A stretch of DNA of 64,000 nt, taken from a bacterium (GTDB taxonomy: Bacteria > Patescibacteriota > Patescibacteriia > Patescibacteriales > JAKAJF01). The notes below the pieces were generated by a model that had not been told where the DNA came from, made no database searches, and saw only the letters and a program-made list of their open reading frames with translations. Every line of letters begins with the position of its first letter. The stretch's first letter is position 1. Location of the stretch: contig JAJYLD010000004.1 of assembly GCA_021788015.1 (NCBI GenBank), positions 3,580-67,579 on the forward strand, read 5' to 3'. The translations under genes and the position numbers were made by a program. Positions 1-12,372 of this stretch are shown here, one piece after another.

Positions 1-141
1 AGAAACTGTGAATTAAATAAAATTTGGTTCACGATTCCTGGTTCTAAAAATCAGGAGAGGACTTTGACAATTGAAAATCAGCTAAACAAAATAAAAGGCA
101 ATTTTATATTAACGAGCACACTTTTGAAAACAAAAGTGTGG

Positions 142-3485
<3,344 letters not shown>

Positions 3486-3669
3486 TGATTTCAAAACATT
3501 TGGAAACTTTTTCAAAAAAAGTTTCCAATGCTTTCAAAAAATATAATGTGCTTGGTAAAAATTTTATAGCGTCCCGATAAAAATCGGGGCTACGGCCAAA
3601 AATTTTTACCAAACTGTGCCTAAAGTTGGTTAGCTAATTTCAATTGCTTAGTTTATAAAAAAGCATCAT

Positions 3670-3790
3670 TGTTCTGGTGGTTTGTGCGAAGGGGTCACAC
3701 CTGATCCCATCCCGAACTCAGAAGTTAAGCCCTTCAGCGCCAATGGTACTTGGGCCTGAGCCCTGGAAGAGTAGGTCGCCGCCAGAACAA
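3670..3790 (+). rRNA. rrf: 5S ribosomal RNA
   Basis: 'cctgatcccatcccgaactcagaagttaagc' core. Terminal helix 'tgttctggtgg' pairs with 'gccgccagaaca'. Lies directly downstream of the 23S. Confidence 0.9.
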
Positions 3791-3883
3791 TGGTGCTTTT
3801 TGATTGGAAAAAATAGAAAAAATTATTTATAATTTATTTATAAAATGTAATTTGCACGTTGCAAGAGAAAGGAGGACCCGTTA

Positions 3884-4021
3884 GTGATAAAAATACTTAA
3901 AAAAGTGGACTCAGTCTTATGCGCGGCGGATCCCGTGCTCCGGCCTATAGCCATAGGCTTATTCGTCTTGTGGGCAGTTGTGCTACCCATATTGGCTTCT
4001 GTTATTCATAGCCGTCCTTAA
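3884..4021 (+). CDS. small hydrophobic protein, 45 aa (GTG start; below the ORF-track cutoff)
   Basis: SD 'aaaggagga' sits 6 nt upstream of GTG. Translation VIKILKKVDSVLCAADPVLRPIAIGLFVLWAVVLPILASVIHSRP. Followed by hairpin 'ccgtcc..ggaacgg' plus T-run. Confidence 0.35.
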   Translation: MIKILKKVDSVLCAADPVLRPIAIGLFVLWAVVLPILASVIHSRP

Positions 4022-4130
4022 ATGGAACGGTTTTTTATTTGTAATTAATTTTTGTCAATTTGACTATTTTTATAAGCCATTATAGGATTAAACAAAACAA
4101 ACGACCTTTGAAAAAAGAAAGGAGACTGCC

Positions 4131-5288
4131 ATGGAAGGGATAAAGATGTCTTACCTTAACCTCTGTATTAATATTATTCTCAAGGTATACAAATCCTTGA
4201 TGAATATGTCTGTTACGGAGTTAAGGCTAAAAGGGGCATATGGAAAACCTGACACTCTGTTTCTGGATGCAAATCCGGAGATTTTAATCAAGGAAAGAAT
4301 CGGGAGGTTCAATCCTTTTGCCGTTTTCGTTACGGAGGAAACCGACAACACCAACAAACAGATTTGGCCTCGGGACAAAAACCCCGCTTCTCAACCGGTA
4401 ATGTTTTTCTCCGATCCGATGGACAGGTCGAAGTACCTTGCCAAATTTATCGACGGCAAAGAAGATAAAACCTTGCTAAAGGACATATTGGGCAAGAAAG
4501 GAATTGTTCAGTGCTGGGAGAAAATAGCCGGCAAACCCGCTATTGTTACCGGTTCAACCTGTTCGATCACGTGCGTTGATAAGGGATCGGCGGATTTTTC
4601 CGTAATACTGAACATCGTGACCGGTCACCTTTTCGTTTCCTGCGCGGGAGGAAACATTTTCTTCAAGCTGCCCGGTCCGGACAAAGACGAGGAGTTTTGC
4701 AAAATCAACATCGATTATCTTTTGAAGAAAGGACAGCCGGTTATTTTTCCCTCTTCAGCCGATTCTCATTCATCCTTGGAAAAGCAAAAACGATTCGTAA
4801 CCTATCTCGGCAAAGCGGGTTACGAGGAAAATTTCAGAGATAGTATGATTTTCCTTGATGATGCGGCGCAGCATCTGCATTATCAGGAGCCCGGAGGGCC
4901 ATCGCGGATTTTATATCTTTCCAATTTTTTAAAGCCGTCCCTTGGTTTCATTCTTGCCAATGGCGAAAAAATCGGAGAGTGGATTCATTGGTTGCCCTTC
5001 CTAAGGTTTTCCAAAAATGAGCAAGGCGACCGCGCGCTTAAAATCTTTGAGATCGCCATCGCCAGGCCTTGGACGAAAAACGGCATCTTAATGTCCACGT
5101 CTCCCCCTTATAGTCTTTTCTCAATGGGAGACGGAGAAGCCTTTCTGGACATGAGCAGGCTTCGCGATCTTGATACCCCGAGTCATTATCGTTCCATGAT
5201 TTTGATTACCCCTTACGATAATGATGCGATTATTCAAATCATGGTGAGAACGGGGTATCGAGAAGTCGGCGAGACTCTCGGAACATAA
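4131..5288 (+). CDS. hypothetical protein, 385 aa, with weak inositol-monophosphatase/FBPase-like motifs
   Basis: SD 'aaaggaga' upstream and a long ORF. 'FVTEE' and 'FFSDPMDRS' resemble the EE and DPxD[GS][TS] metal-binding motifs of the IMPase fold. The match is distant. Confidence 0.6.
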   Translation: MEGIKMSYLNLCINIILKVYKSLMNMSVTELRLKGAYGKPDTLFLDANPEILIKERIGRFNPFAVFVTEETDNTNKQIWPRDKNPASQPVMFFSDPMDRSKYLAKFIDGKEDKTLLKDILGKKGIVQCWEKIAGKPAIVTGSTCSITCVDKGSADFSVILNIVTGHLFVSCAGGNIFFKLPGPDKDEEFCKINIDYLLKKGQPVIFPSSADSHSSLEKQKRFVTYLGKAGYEENFRDSMIFLDDAAQHLHYQEPGGPSRILYLSNFLKPSLGFILANGEKIGEWIHWLPFLRFSKNEQGDRALKIFEIAIARPWTKNGILMSTSPPYSLFSMGDGEAFLDMSRLRDLDTPSHYRSMILITPYDNDAIIQIMVRTGYREVGETLGT

Positions 5289-5310
5289 ATCTCCTGCGGG
5301 AGATTTTTAT
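5289..5310 (+). terminator. rho-independent terminator
   Basis: 'atctcc tgcg ggagat' hairpin followed by 'ttttt', right after the stop at 5288. Confidence 0.7.
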
Positions 5311-5405
5311 TTGCCAAAGCTACTTCCAGGTGTTAAACTGAAATTGATAAAAATAGGGCTGGATTTTTGATAATCTGGCTTTTTTAAACTAATTGCCCTC
5401 CTTTT

Positions 5406-5467
5406 AAAGGAGGGTTTGGGAGATTAAAATCCCTTTCATCTCCCTTTCGAAGAGGGAACATAATTTT
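5406..5467. repeat. GC-rich palindromic mini-repeats upstream of glmS
   Basis: 'ccctccttttaaaggaggg' (5406-5424) and 'tccctttcgaagaggga' (5451-5467). Same family as the copies inside glmS at 5664-5710. Confidence 0.7.
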
Positions 5468-5468
5468 T

Positions 5469-7355
5469 ATGTGCGGAATTGTCGGCTACATCGGGGAAAA
5501 TGACGCCTTACCGATTTTAATAGACGGACTCAAAAGACTTGAATACCGGGGTTATGATTCTTCGGGAATTGCCGTTTGCGACGGGGATAAGGTTTTTTCC
5601 GTGAAAGCGGTTGGAAAAATTGCTGAGCTTGAAAAAAAAATTAATGAAAAAAATCCCCTTAATCCCCCCTTCGAAGGGGGACAAAAAATTACCCTCCTTC
5701 CAAAGGAGGGTGAGGGAGGTTTTAATATCGGAATCGCCCATACGCGCTGGGCGACGCACGGCGCGCCGACGGAAATCAACGCCCATCCTCATCATGATTG
5801 CACGGGAAAAATTTGGCTTGTGCATAATGGCATTATTGAAAATTATCAGCAGTTAAAAAATCATTTACTTGAAAAAGGACATAAATTTATTTCCGAAACC
5901 GATACCGAGGTGATTGCCCATCTTCTTGAAGATTTATACGATGACAATATAACCGAGACTTTAAAAAAAGTTTTGAAATTAGTTAAGGGTACTTATGGTC
6001 TGGTCGCCTTTCATAACGACGAACCCAATAAAATTTTGGTTGCCAAAGAAGGCTCTCCTTTGGTAATCGGTTTGGGTGAAAACGAAACAATTATCGCTTC
6101 CGATGTTTCCGCCATTTTAAGATATACGAAACAAGTCATTTACCTTGATGACGGTGAAATTGCGGAAATCAAGGGAGACGGAATAAAAATATATGATGCG
6201 AATGATTCCGAAGTCGATAAAAAAGTTAATGAAATAGAATGGGATATGACACAAGCGGAAAAACAAGGCTATCCGCATTTCATGCTCAAGGAAATTTTTG
6301 AACAGCCGGAGACGATTATTAATAGCATGCGCGGCCGTTATATAGTTGAAGAGGGAAAAGCGAAGTTGGGTGGTCTGGATAATATTGCCGATAAAATCAG
6401 GGACATAGAAAAAATAATTATTGTCGCTTGCGGAACGGCGAAGCATGCCGGTTTGGTTGGCGAATATATGCTTGAAGAATATGCCGGCATTCCGACCGAA
6501 ATCGAATACGCGAGCGAATTTCGTTACCGCCAACCCGTTATTGATAAAAAAACGGCGGTTTTGGTTTTAAGCCAATCCGGCGAAACTGCGGATACGCTTG
6601 CGGCCCTAAAAGAAGCGAAAGGAAAAGGCGTTTTGACTTTGGGTATCGTGAATGTTGTCGGTTCGTCAATCGCCCGGGAAACGGATGCCGGAGTTTACAA
6701 TCATATCGGCCCGGAAATTGCCGTCGCTTCGACAAAGGCGTTTACGTCCCAGCTTACGATTTTGGCTCTACTCACCGTGCTTTTGGGCAGGCAAAGAAAC
6801 ATGTCTTTAGTGACGGGCAAAAGAATTATTGAAGAACTGCAAGTATTGCCGGAAAAAATAAAAAAGATTTTAGATACCAACGAAAACATAAAAAAGATTT
6901 CGGAAAAATATTTTAGCATGAAAAATTTCGCCTATCTGGGAAGAAAATACAATAATCCGGTCGCTCAAGAAGGCGCTTTAAAATTAAAAGAAATATCATA
7001 CATTCACGCCGAGGGTTTTGCGGGAGGAGAAATGAAACATGGCCCGATCGCCATGATCGACGAAAATTTTCCTTCGTTTTTCATTTCACCCCGGGACAGC
7101 GTTTATGAAAAAAATATTTCGAACATGCAGGAAATAAAAGCGCGCAACGGAAAAATAATCGCGATTGCGACCGAAGGCGATGAAAAAATAAAAGAAACGG
7201 CCAATGATGTGATTTATATTCCGAAATCTTTGGAAATGCTCACGCCAATTTTGGCTTCCATTCCCCTGCAGCTTTTCGCTTACCATGTTGCGGTTTTAAA
7301 AGGATTGGACGTGGACAAGCCGCGTAATCTGGCGAAGAGCGTGACGGTGGAATAA
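5469..7355 (+). CDS. glmS: glutamine--fructose-6-phosphate aminotransferase (isomerizing)
   Basis: N-terminal 'MCGIVGY' (Cys nucleophile), 'HTRWATHG', two SIS-domain regions, C-terminal 'KSVTVE'. Confidence 0.95.
   Translation: MCGIVGYIGENDALPILIDGLKRLEYRGYDSSGIAVCDGDKVFSVKAVGKIAELEKKINEKNPLNPPFEGGQKITLLPKEGEGGFNIGIAHTRWATHGAPTEINAHPHHDCTGKIWLVHNGIIENYQQLKNHLLEKGHKFISETDTEVIAHLLEDLYDDNITETLKKVLKLVKGTYGLVAFHNDEPNKILVAKEGSPLVIGLGENETIIASDVSAILRYTKQVIYLDDGEIAEIKGDGIKIYDANDSEVDKKVNEIEWDMTQAEKQGYPHFMLKEIFEQPETIINSMRGRYIVEEGKAKLGGLDNIADKIRDIEKIIIVACGTAKHAGLVGEYMLEEYAGIPTEIEYASEFRYRQPVIDKKTAVLVLSQSGETADTLAALKEAKGKGVLTLGIVNVVGSSIARETDAGVYNHIGPEIAVASTKAFTSQLTILALLTVLLGRQRNMSLVTGKRIIEELQVLPEKIKKILDTNENIKKISEKYFSMKNFAYLGRKYNNPVAQEGALKLKEISYIHAEGFAGGEMKHGPIAMIDENFPSFFISPRDSVYEKNISNMQEIKARNGKIIAIATEGDEKIKETANDVIYIPKSLEMLTPILASIPLQLFAYHVAVLKGLDVDKPRNLAKSVTVE
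5650..5725. repeat. palindromic repeat insertion inside the glmS reading frame
   Basis: 'ccccccttcgaaggggg' (5664-5680) and 'ccctccttccaaaggaggg' (5692-5710) encode 'NPLNPPFEGGQKITLLPKEGEGGFN', placed just before the conserved 'IGIAHTRWATHG'. Confidence 0.7.
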
Positions 7356-7359
7356 TAAT

Positions 7360-7436
7360 AGCTTGTAGGAAGTGGCTTGTAGGATGTAGCTTGTAGAATT
7401 TAAAAGCTACCAACTACTTCCTACAAGCTACAAGCT
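7360..7436. repeat. long imperfect inverted repeat (hairpin/terminator) after glmS
   Basis: 'agcttgtaggaagtggcttgtaggatgtagcttgtag' faces 'ctaccaactacttcctacaagctacaagct'. Confidence 0.6.
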
Positions 7437-7445
7437 AAAAATCAT

Positions 7446-7790
7446 ATGCAATTTCAACAAAACGAATTTCCAACACGAGCGATTAAGTTTTCAGTTTCCG
7501 ATGAAAACGGCAAAGAAATAGGCCGAGCCTTTTTGTTTATTTTAAAAAATGATTTGCGCAATCGGGAATACGGTTTTATGGAAGACGTGATGGTCGACGA
7601 AGAATATCGCGGCCAAGGCATCGGCACCCAACTTTTGAACGAACTTATAAAAACGGCAAAAGAAACGAAACTATATAAAATCATCGGCACTTCGCGGCAC
7701 GAGAGAGAAAAAGTGCATGCTTTGTATAGAAAGCTCGGCTTTGAAGATTTTGGAAAAGAATTTAAAATGTATTTGGAAAAAATGGACTAA
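7446..7790 (+). CDS. GNAT family N-acetyltransferase (114 aa)
   Basis: Acetyl-CoA motif A 'RGQGIGTQLLNELIKTAK' and C-terminal 'LYRKLGF'. Confidence 0.8.
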   Translation: MQFQQNEFPTRAIKFSVSDENGKEIGRAFLFILKNDLRNREYGFMEDVMVDEEYRGQGIGTQLLNELIKTAKETKLYKIIGTSRHEREKVHALYRKLGFEDFGKEFKMYLEKMD

Positions 7791-7791
7791 T

Positions 7792-8445
7792 ATGGCTTTA
7801 GAAATTTCAACCTTGATTTTTGACATGGACGGAGTTATTGTCGATACCGAACCGATACATGTGGAGGCCGAACTTTTAACATGCAATAATTTCGGTATCG
7901 AAGCGCCATTAAGCGAATGGGAAAATTTTAAAGGCAGGACGGCGAAAGACATTTTTACTTATTTGCGCGACAATTTCGGAAACAAAGAAATCGATGTAAA
8001 TAAACTGATTGATTATAAATTAAAGATTTATTATCAGATTGCCAAAGAAAAAGCGCGGTTGATAGATGGCGCGTTTGGGTTTATTAAAAAAGCGGCGGAG
8101 AAATATGAGCTGGCCTTGACCACATCTTCTTTAAAAGTTCTCCAAGAGTTGATGTTTCAAAAATTCAGCCTGGATAAATTTTTCAATATCATTGAAACGG
8201 GCGATGAAATCATAAATGGCAAGCCCGACCCCGAACCGTATTTGAAAACGGTAGCAAAGTTAAAAATTCCGGCAGAAACGTGCTTAGTGATCGAGGATTC
8301 TGACAATGGTATAATTTCCGGGAAAAAGGCCGGATGCAAAGTGGCCGGAATCACAACCTCTTTTGAAAGAAAAAAATTGGAGAAAGCGGGAGCGGATTAT
8401 GTTGTTGACAGTTTTCAAGAATTGGCGAACATTTTAAATTTATGA
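7792..8445 (+). CDS. HAD-IA family hydrolase (beta-phosphoglucomutase/phosphatase-like)
   Basis: 'LIFDMDGVIVDTE' motif I, 'GKPDPEPY', 'VIEDSDNGI'. Start moved to the ATG at 7792, immediately after the GNAT stop; the ORF-track start at 7717 overlaps the GNAT gene. Confidence 0.8.
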   Translation: MALEISTLIFDMDGVIVDTEPIHVEAELLTCNNFGIEAPLSEWENFKGRTAKDIFTYLRDNFGNKEIDVNKLIDYKLKIYYQIAKEKARLIDGAFGFIKKAAEKYELALTTSSLKVLQELMFQKFSLDKFFNIIETGDEIINGKPDPEPYLKTVAKLKIPAETCLVIEDSDNGIISGKKAGCKVAGITTSFERKKLEKAGADYVVDSFQELANILNL

Positions 8446-9428
8446 ACAAAAAAATACAAAAAATCGTAACAATCGGCGGCGGGTCGGGAAGTTTTATGGT
8501 TCTCTCCGGTTTAAAAAAATACCCGGTTGATTTATCGGCAATTGTCAGCATGGCCGATGACGGCGGTTCCGCGGGGATATTGCGCGATGAACTGGGAGTG
8601 TTGCCGCCGGGAGACGCGAGACAATGCTTGGTCGCGCTTTCAAAATCAAGCCGAGTCTTAAGAGAACTTTTTAATTACCGTTACTCGAACGGCGGTTTGT
8701 CCGGTCACAGTTTCGGCAATATATTTTTATCGACGTTGGAAAAAATTACGGGCGGATTCGATACGGCCATAAAAGAAGCGAGTCAAATATTGAGAATAAA
8801 AGGCCGGGTTCTTCCCGTTACGTTAAAAAATACAAGGTTGGTGGCTGTTTTGAAAAATGGAAAAAAAATTGTTGGGGAAAAAAATATCTACACCAACAGT
8901 ACGGACCTGATAAATTTAAAAAAATTATATTTAAAACCGGCCGCCAGCCTGAATCCGGAAATAATAAAAGTAATAGAGGAAACTGACAAAATAATCATAA
9001 ATCCGGGCGATCTATATTCGAGTTTAATCGCGAATTTTTTGGTCAAAGGTCTTCCGGAAGCGATAAAAAAATCGAAAGCGAAAGTTATTTATATCGGCAA
9101 TTTAATGACTAAGCCGGGTCAGACTGAGGGTTTTACCTTGATCGATTATATAAAGTCTATAGAAAAATATCTCGGCAAGGGAGTGATAAGTCATGTTGTT
9201 TATAACACAGAAATTCCGGACGCCAAACTTTTAAAAAAATATTCAAGACAAGGAGAAAATCTTGTTTTGCCCGGGGATTTTAACGAAATGCCAAAAATTA
9301 AATTTTTCGGGCATGAGTTGTTAGGACATACATTTTACAAGGCCAAAAAAGGCGACGTGCTTGGGAACGTAAGATCGCTTATCAGGCATGATAGCGATAA
9401 ATTGGCCGAAGTGATATATAAATTATAA
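8442..9428 (+). CDS. YvcK/CofD-family (UPF0052) gluconeogenesis-factor-like protein
   Basis: 'IVTIGGGSGSFMVLSGLK', 'VSMADDGGSAGILRDELGVLPPGDARQCLVAL'. ATGA overlap with the upstream gene. Confidence 0.8.
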   Translation: MNKKIQKIVTIGGGSGSFMVLSGLKKYPVDLSAIVSMADDGGSAGILRDELGVLPPGDARQCLVALSKSSRVLRELFNYRYSNGGLSGHSFGNIFLSTLEKITGGFDTAIKEASQILRIKGRVLPVTLKNTRLVAVLKNGKKIVGEKNIYTNSTDLINLKKLYLKPAASLNPEIIKVIEETDKIIINPGDLYSSLIANFLVKGLPEAIKKSKAKVIYIGNLMTKPGQTEGFTLIDYIKSIEKYLGKGVISHVVYNTEIPDAKLLKKYSRQGENLVLPGDFNEMPKIKFFGHELLGHTFYKAKKGDVLGNVRSLIRHDSDKLAEVIYKL

Positions 9429-9431
9429 TTT

Positions 9432-10073
9432 ATGAAAGTAATTTTCGACTTGGATTACACATTATTGGATACCATAAAACTAAAAAAAGACTTGGCCAAA
9501 GTTCTCGGATTGAGCGCGGAAGAATATAATGAACAATACAAAAAATTTTTTAAAGACAGGGGCATAAATTGGAATTTGGAAAGGCATTTGGAAATTTTGC
9601 GAACGGAAAAAGGAATTTCCAAAGACGAGGAAGAGGCAATCAGACATAATTTTACGGAATTGCTAAAAAAAATGGATGAATATTTATTGCCCGGCGCCGA
9701 AGAAACGTTGCGCAAATACAAGAGAAAGGGCGACGAATTGATTTTGGCCACTTTCGGCGACATAGATTGGCATAAATTAAAAGTTGAAAATTCCAAGGTC
9801 CTGATGCGCAACCTTGATCACATCATCTACGAAGACAAAGATAAAACAAAAAATGCCTACTTGCGTTTTTTAAGAGATAGCGGCGAAAATATTTTAATTG
9901 TTAACGACAATGCCAAAGAAAGTTTCGAGCTTTTAAAGCTTTTGGGCAAAAATAGCGAACTGCGTCTTGTTGACGGTCCTTATGCTCGAAATGTCGAGCA
10001 TAATCATAAAATTGAGAATATAAGTGAATTGCCGGGGAAAAAAATAATTTCGCAAGAACATAAAATCAAATAG
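9432..10073 (+). CDS. HAD-like hydrolase
   Basis: N-terminal 'MKVIFDLDYTLLDT' (DxD motif I) and 'ILIVNDN' motif IV-like. Confidence 0.55.
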   Translation: MKVIFDLDYTLLDTIKLKKDLAKVLGLSAEEYNEQYKKFFKDRGINWNLERHLEILRTEKGISKDEEEAIRHNFTELLKKMDEYLLPGAEETLRKYKRKGDELILATFGDIDWHKLKVENSKVLMRNLDHIIYEDKDKTKNAYLRFLRDSGENILIVNDNAKESFELLKLLGKNSELRLVDGPYARNVEHNHKIENISELPGKKIISQEHKIK

Positions 10074-10074
10074 A

Positions 10075-10806
10075 ATGAAAACGAAAATTGTAATTTTGGC
10101 GGCGGGAAAGGGCACGCGGATGAAAACGAGCGTGCCCAAAGTTTTAATACCGGTAAATGGCGAGTCGATGATAAAACATTTGACCCGGTCCGCTTTGGAA
10201 TCCGAAATTGACGAAAAGCCGATTATTGTCGTTTCTCCGGAAAATGCGGAACCGATAAAGAAAGAATTGGGAGATAATTTTGAATACGCGATTCAAAAAG
10301 AGCAACTTGGCACGGGGCATGCTCTGGCCAGTGCCAAAGAAAATGTCGAGGAAAAAACTGAGCGAATAATTGTCTTAAATGGAGATCATCCGTTTATTAA
10401 GACGGAAACTTTAAAAAAACTGAACGAAACGCTTTTGGAAAATTTAGCCATGCTAACCGTGACTTTAAACGATTTCGACTCCTGGCGTAAAAATTTTTAT
10501 CATTGGGGAAGGATTATCCGCGAAAACGGGAAAATAAAAGCGATCAGAGAATTTAAAGACGCGAGCGAAGGGGAAAAAGAAATTAAGGAAGTGAATCCCG
10601 CCATTTATTCTTTTGATTCCGCCTGGCTTTGGGGAAATTTAAAAAAAATTAAGAAAGAAAACGCGCAAAAAGAATATTATTTAACCGATCTTGTAAGTTT
10701 AGCTTTCGCGCAAAATAAAAAAATAGACTCCTTGCCGATTGACGCGAAAGAAGCGATCGGGATAAACAGTCTGGAAGAATTGGAAACAGCGGAAAAAATA
10801 TATTAA
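10075..10806 (+). CDS. sugar-1-phosphate nucleotidyltransferase (GlmU N-terminal-domain-like, no LbH acetyltransferase domain)
   Basis: 'VILAAGKGTRMKTSVPKVL', 'QLGTGHAL', 'LNGDHP'. At 243 aa it covers only the pyrophosphorylase domain. Confidence 0.75.
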   Translation: MKTKIVILAAGKGTRMKTSVPKVLIPVNGESMIKHLTRSALESEIDEKPIIVVSPENAEPIKKELGDNFEYAIQKEQLGTGHALASAKENVEEKTERIIVLNGDHPFIKTETLKKLNETLLENLAMLTVTLNDFDSWRKNFYHWGRIIRENGKIKAIREFKDASEGEKEIKEVNPAIYSFDSAWLWGNLKKIKKENAQKEYYLTDLVSLAFAQNKKIDSLPIDAKEAIGINSLEELETAEKIY

Positions 10807-10872
10807 AATTGTTAAATGGTTAAATTGATAAATTATTAAAATGACCATTTAGCAATTTGGCAATTTAGTTTT

Positions 10873-12174
10873 ATGCAACAAATTCTCGATTTACATATCC
10901 ATTCCAAATATTCCCGCGCCTGTTCCTCGGCTTTAACTTTGCCGAATATCGAAGCGACATGCAGAATAAAAGGCGTGGACATTGTCGCGACCGGCGATTT
11001 TACTCATCCGGCTTGGTTTGCCAGCATTGAAAATGAGTTGGAAGAAATACCTCACCTCAACCCTCTCCTAAATAAGGAGAGGGAGACAGGATTGTATAAA
11101 TTAAAATCGGCCGAAGATTCAAGAATAAAATTCATTTTATCGACCGAGTTGGCTTTGATTTATAAAGACGGAGAAAAAGTCAGGCGTATTCATTTAATGG
11201 TGCACGCGCCCAGCTTGAAATCCGTGCGCGAGCTTAATCGCGAGCTTGGAAAAAAATACAATATTAAATCGGACGGACGACCAATTCTGGGCATGAAAGC
11301 GCCGGACTTGGTCAAACTTTGTTTAAACATTGATCCGCGTTTTTTAATTTATCCCGCGCATATTTGGACGCCTTGGTTTTCCGTTTTTGGATCGAAATCA
11401 GGGTTTGATTCTATGGAAGAATGTTTTCGCGAGCAAACGGAAAATATTTACGCTTTCGAAACCGGACTCTCGAGCGATCCTGAGATGAATTGGCGATTGT
11501 CGAGTTTGGATAAATTAACATTGCTTTCGAATTCGGACGCGCATTCTTTGCCGAATATCGGCAGAGAGGCAAATGTCTTTGCAATGGAGCGAATTTCCTA
11601 CAATGAAATTTACGACATTATAAAAAATAAAAAAGTTTATCAAAAAAATAAATCGGGTGTAAAATACACGATTGAATTTTATCCCGAAGAAGGCATGTAT
11701 CATTACGACGGGCACCGCAATTGCGGAATCGGGTTGAATCCGGAGGAAACAAAAAAAGAAAAAGGCATTTGCCCCGTTTGCAAAAAACCGTTGGTCATCG
11801 GCGTTTTGAACCGCGTCCAGGAATTGGCGGACCGCCCTTCCGGGTTTAAGCCGGAAGGAGCGCCGGGATTCAAAAAACTCATCGAGCTTGATAAAATTAT
11901 CGCCGAGGCTTTCGATATAAAGAGTCGGCATTCGCAAAAAGTGCAAAAAGAATACGATAGTTTAATTAAAAAGGCGGGAAGCGAACTTTTTATTTTGATT
12001 GACGCGGACTTGGAAACGGTAAAAGCCTATTTTCATCCGGCCGTCGCCGAAGGGATCAAAAGGATGCGCGCAGGCGATCTTTACATAAAACCCGGTTTTG
12101 ACGGCCAGTACGGCGAAATAAAAATTTTTAACGAGAAAGAAAAAGAAAAATACAGGCAACAATCGCTTTTTTAA
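10873..12174 (+). CDS. endonuclease Q (EndoQ)-family PHP-domain protein
   Basis: 'DLHIHSKYSRA', 'GDFTHP', 'LLSNSDAHSLPNIGREANVF', zinc ribbon 'CPVCKKPL', C-terminal 'KPGFDGQYGEIKIF'. All parallel the archaeal EndoQ motifs as I recall them. Confidence 0.75.
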   Translation: MQQILDLHIHSKYSRACSSALTLPNIEATCRIKGVDIVATGDFTHPAWFASIENELEEIPHLNPLLNKERETGLYKLKSAEDSRIKFILSTELALIYKDGEKVRRIHLMVHAPSLKSVRELNRELGKKYNIKSDGRPILGMKAPDLVKLCLNIDPRFLIYPAHIWTPWFSVFGSKSGFDSMEECFREQTENIYAFETGLSSDPEMNWRLSSLDKLTLLSNSDAHSLPNIGREANVFAMERISYNEIYDIIKNKKVYQKNKSGVKYTIEFYPEEGMYHYDGHRNCGIGLNPEETKKEKGICPVCKKPLVIGVLNRVQELADRPSGFKPEGAPGFKKLIELDKIIAEAFDIKSRHSQKVQKEYDSLIKKAGSELFILIDADLETVKAYFHPAVAEGIKRMRAGDLYIKPGFDGQYGEIKIFNEKEKEKYRQQSLF

Positions 12175-12190
12175 ATTTATTCTCAAAAAG

Positions 12191-12220
12191 AAAAACCCCT
12201 TTTAATCCAAAGGGGTTTTT
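12191..12220. terminator. bidirectional rho-independent terminator
   Basis: 'aaaaacccctttt aatcc aaaggggttttt' between the convergent 10873..12174 (+) and 12301..12372 (-). Confidence 0.7.
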
Positions 12221-12300
12221 CTTTTCCTCCCCTCATCAATTATCCAAGCGCTAAATGAATTTAACGCGCAAATAATTGACGAGGGTCAGAAAAAAGAAAT

Positions 12301-12372
12301 TTATTTCTTTTTCTTTTTTGCAGCCTTCTTTTTTTTAGGAGCGGCTTTTTTAGCTTTTTTCTTTGTTGCCAT
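12301..12372 (-). CDS. tiny lysine-rich peptide, 23 aa (MATKKKAKKAAPKKKKAAKKKKK)
   Basis: ATG preceded by a strong SD (rc of 'cacctcctttc' = 'gaaaggaggtg') at ~7 nt. Terminator lies downstream. Below the ORF-track cutoff. Confidence 0.4.
   Translation of the reverse strand: MATKKKAKKAAPKKKKAAKKKKK

Noticed and set aside
5290-5468. Possible glmS ribozyme upstream of glmS
   Set aside because: I could not find the conserved glmS ribozyme core. The region instead holds a terminator and palindromic mini-repeats. An Rfam scan would settle it.
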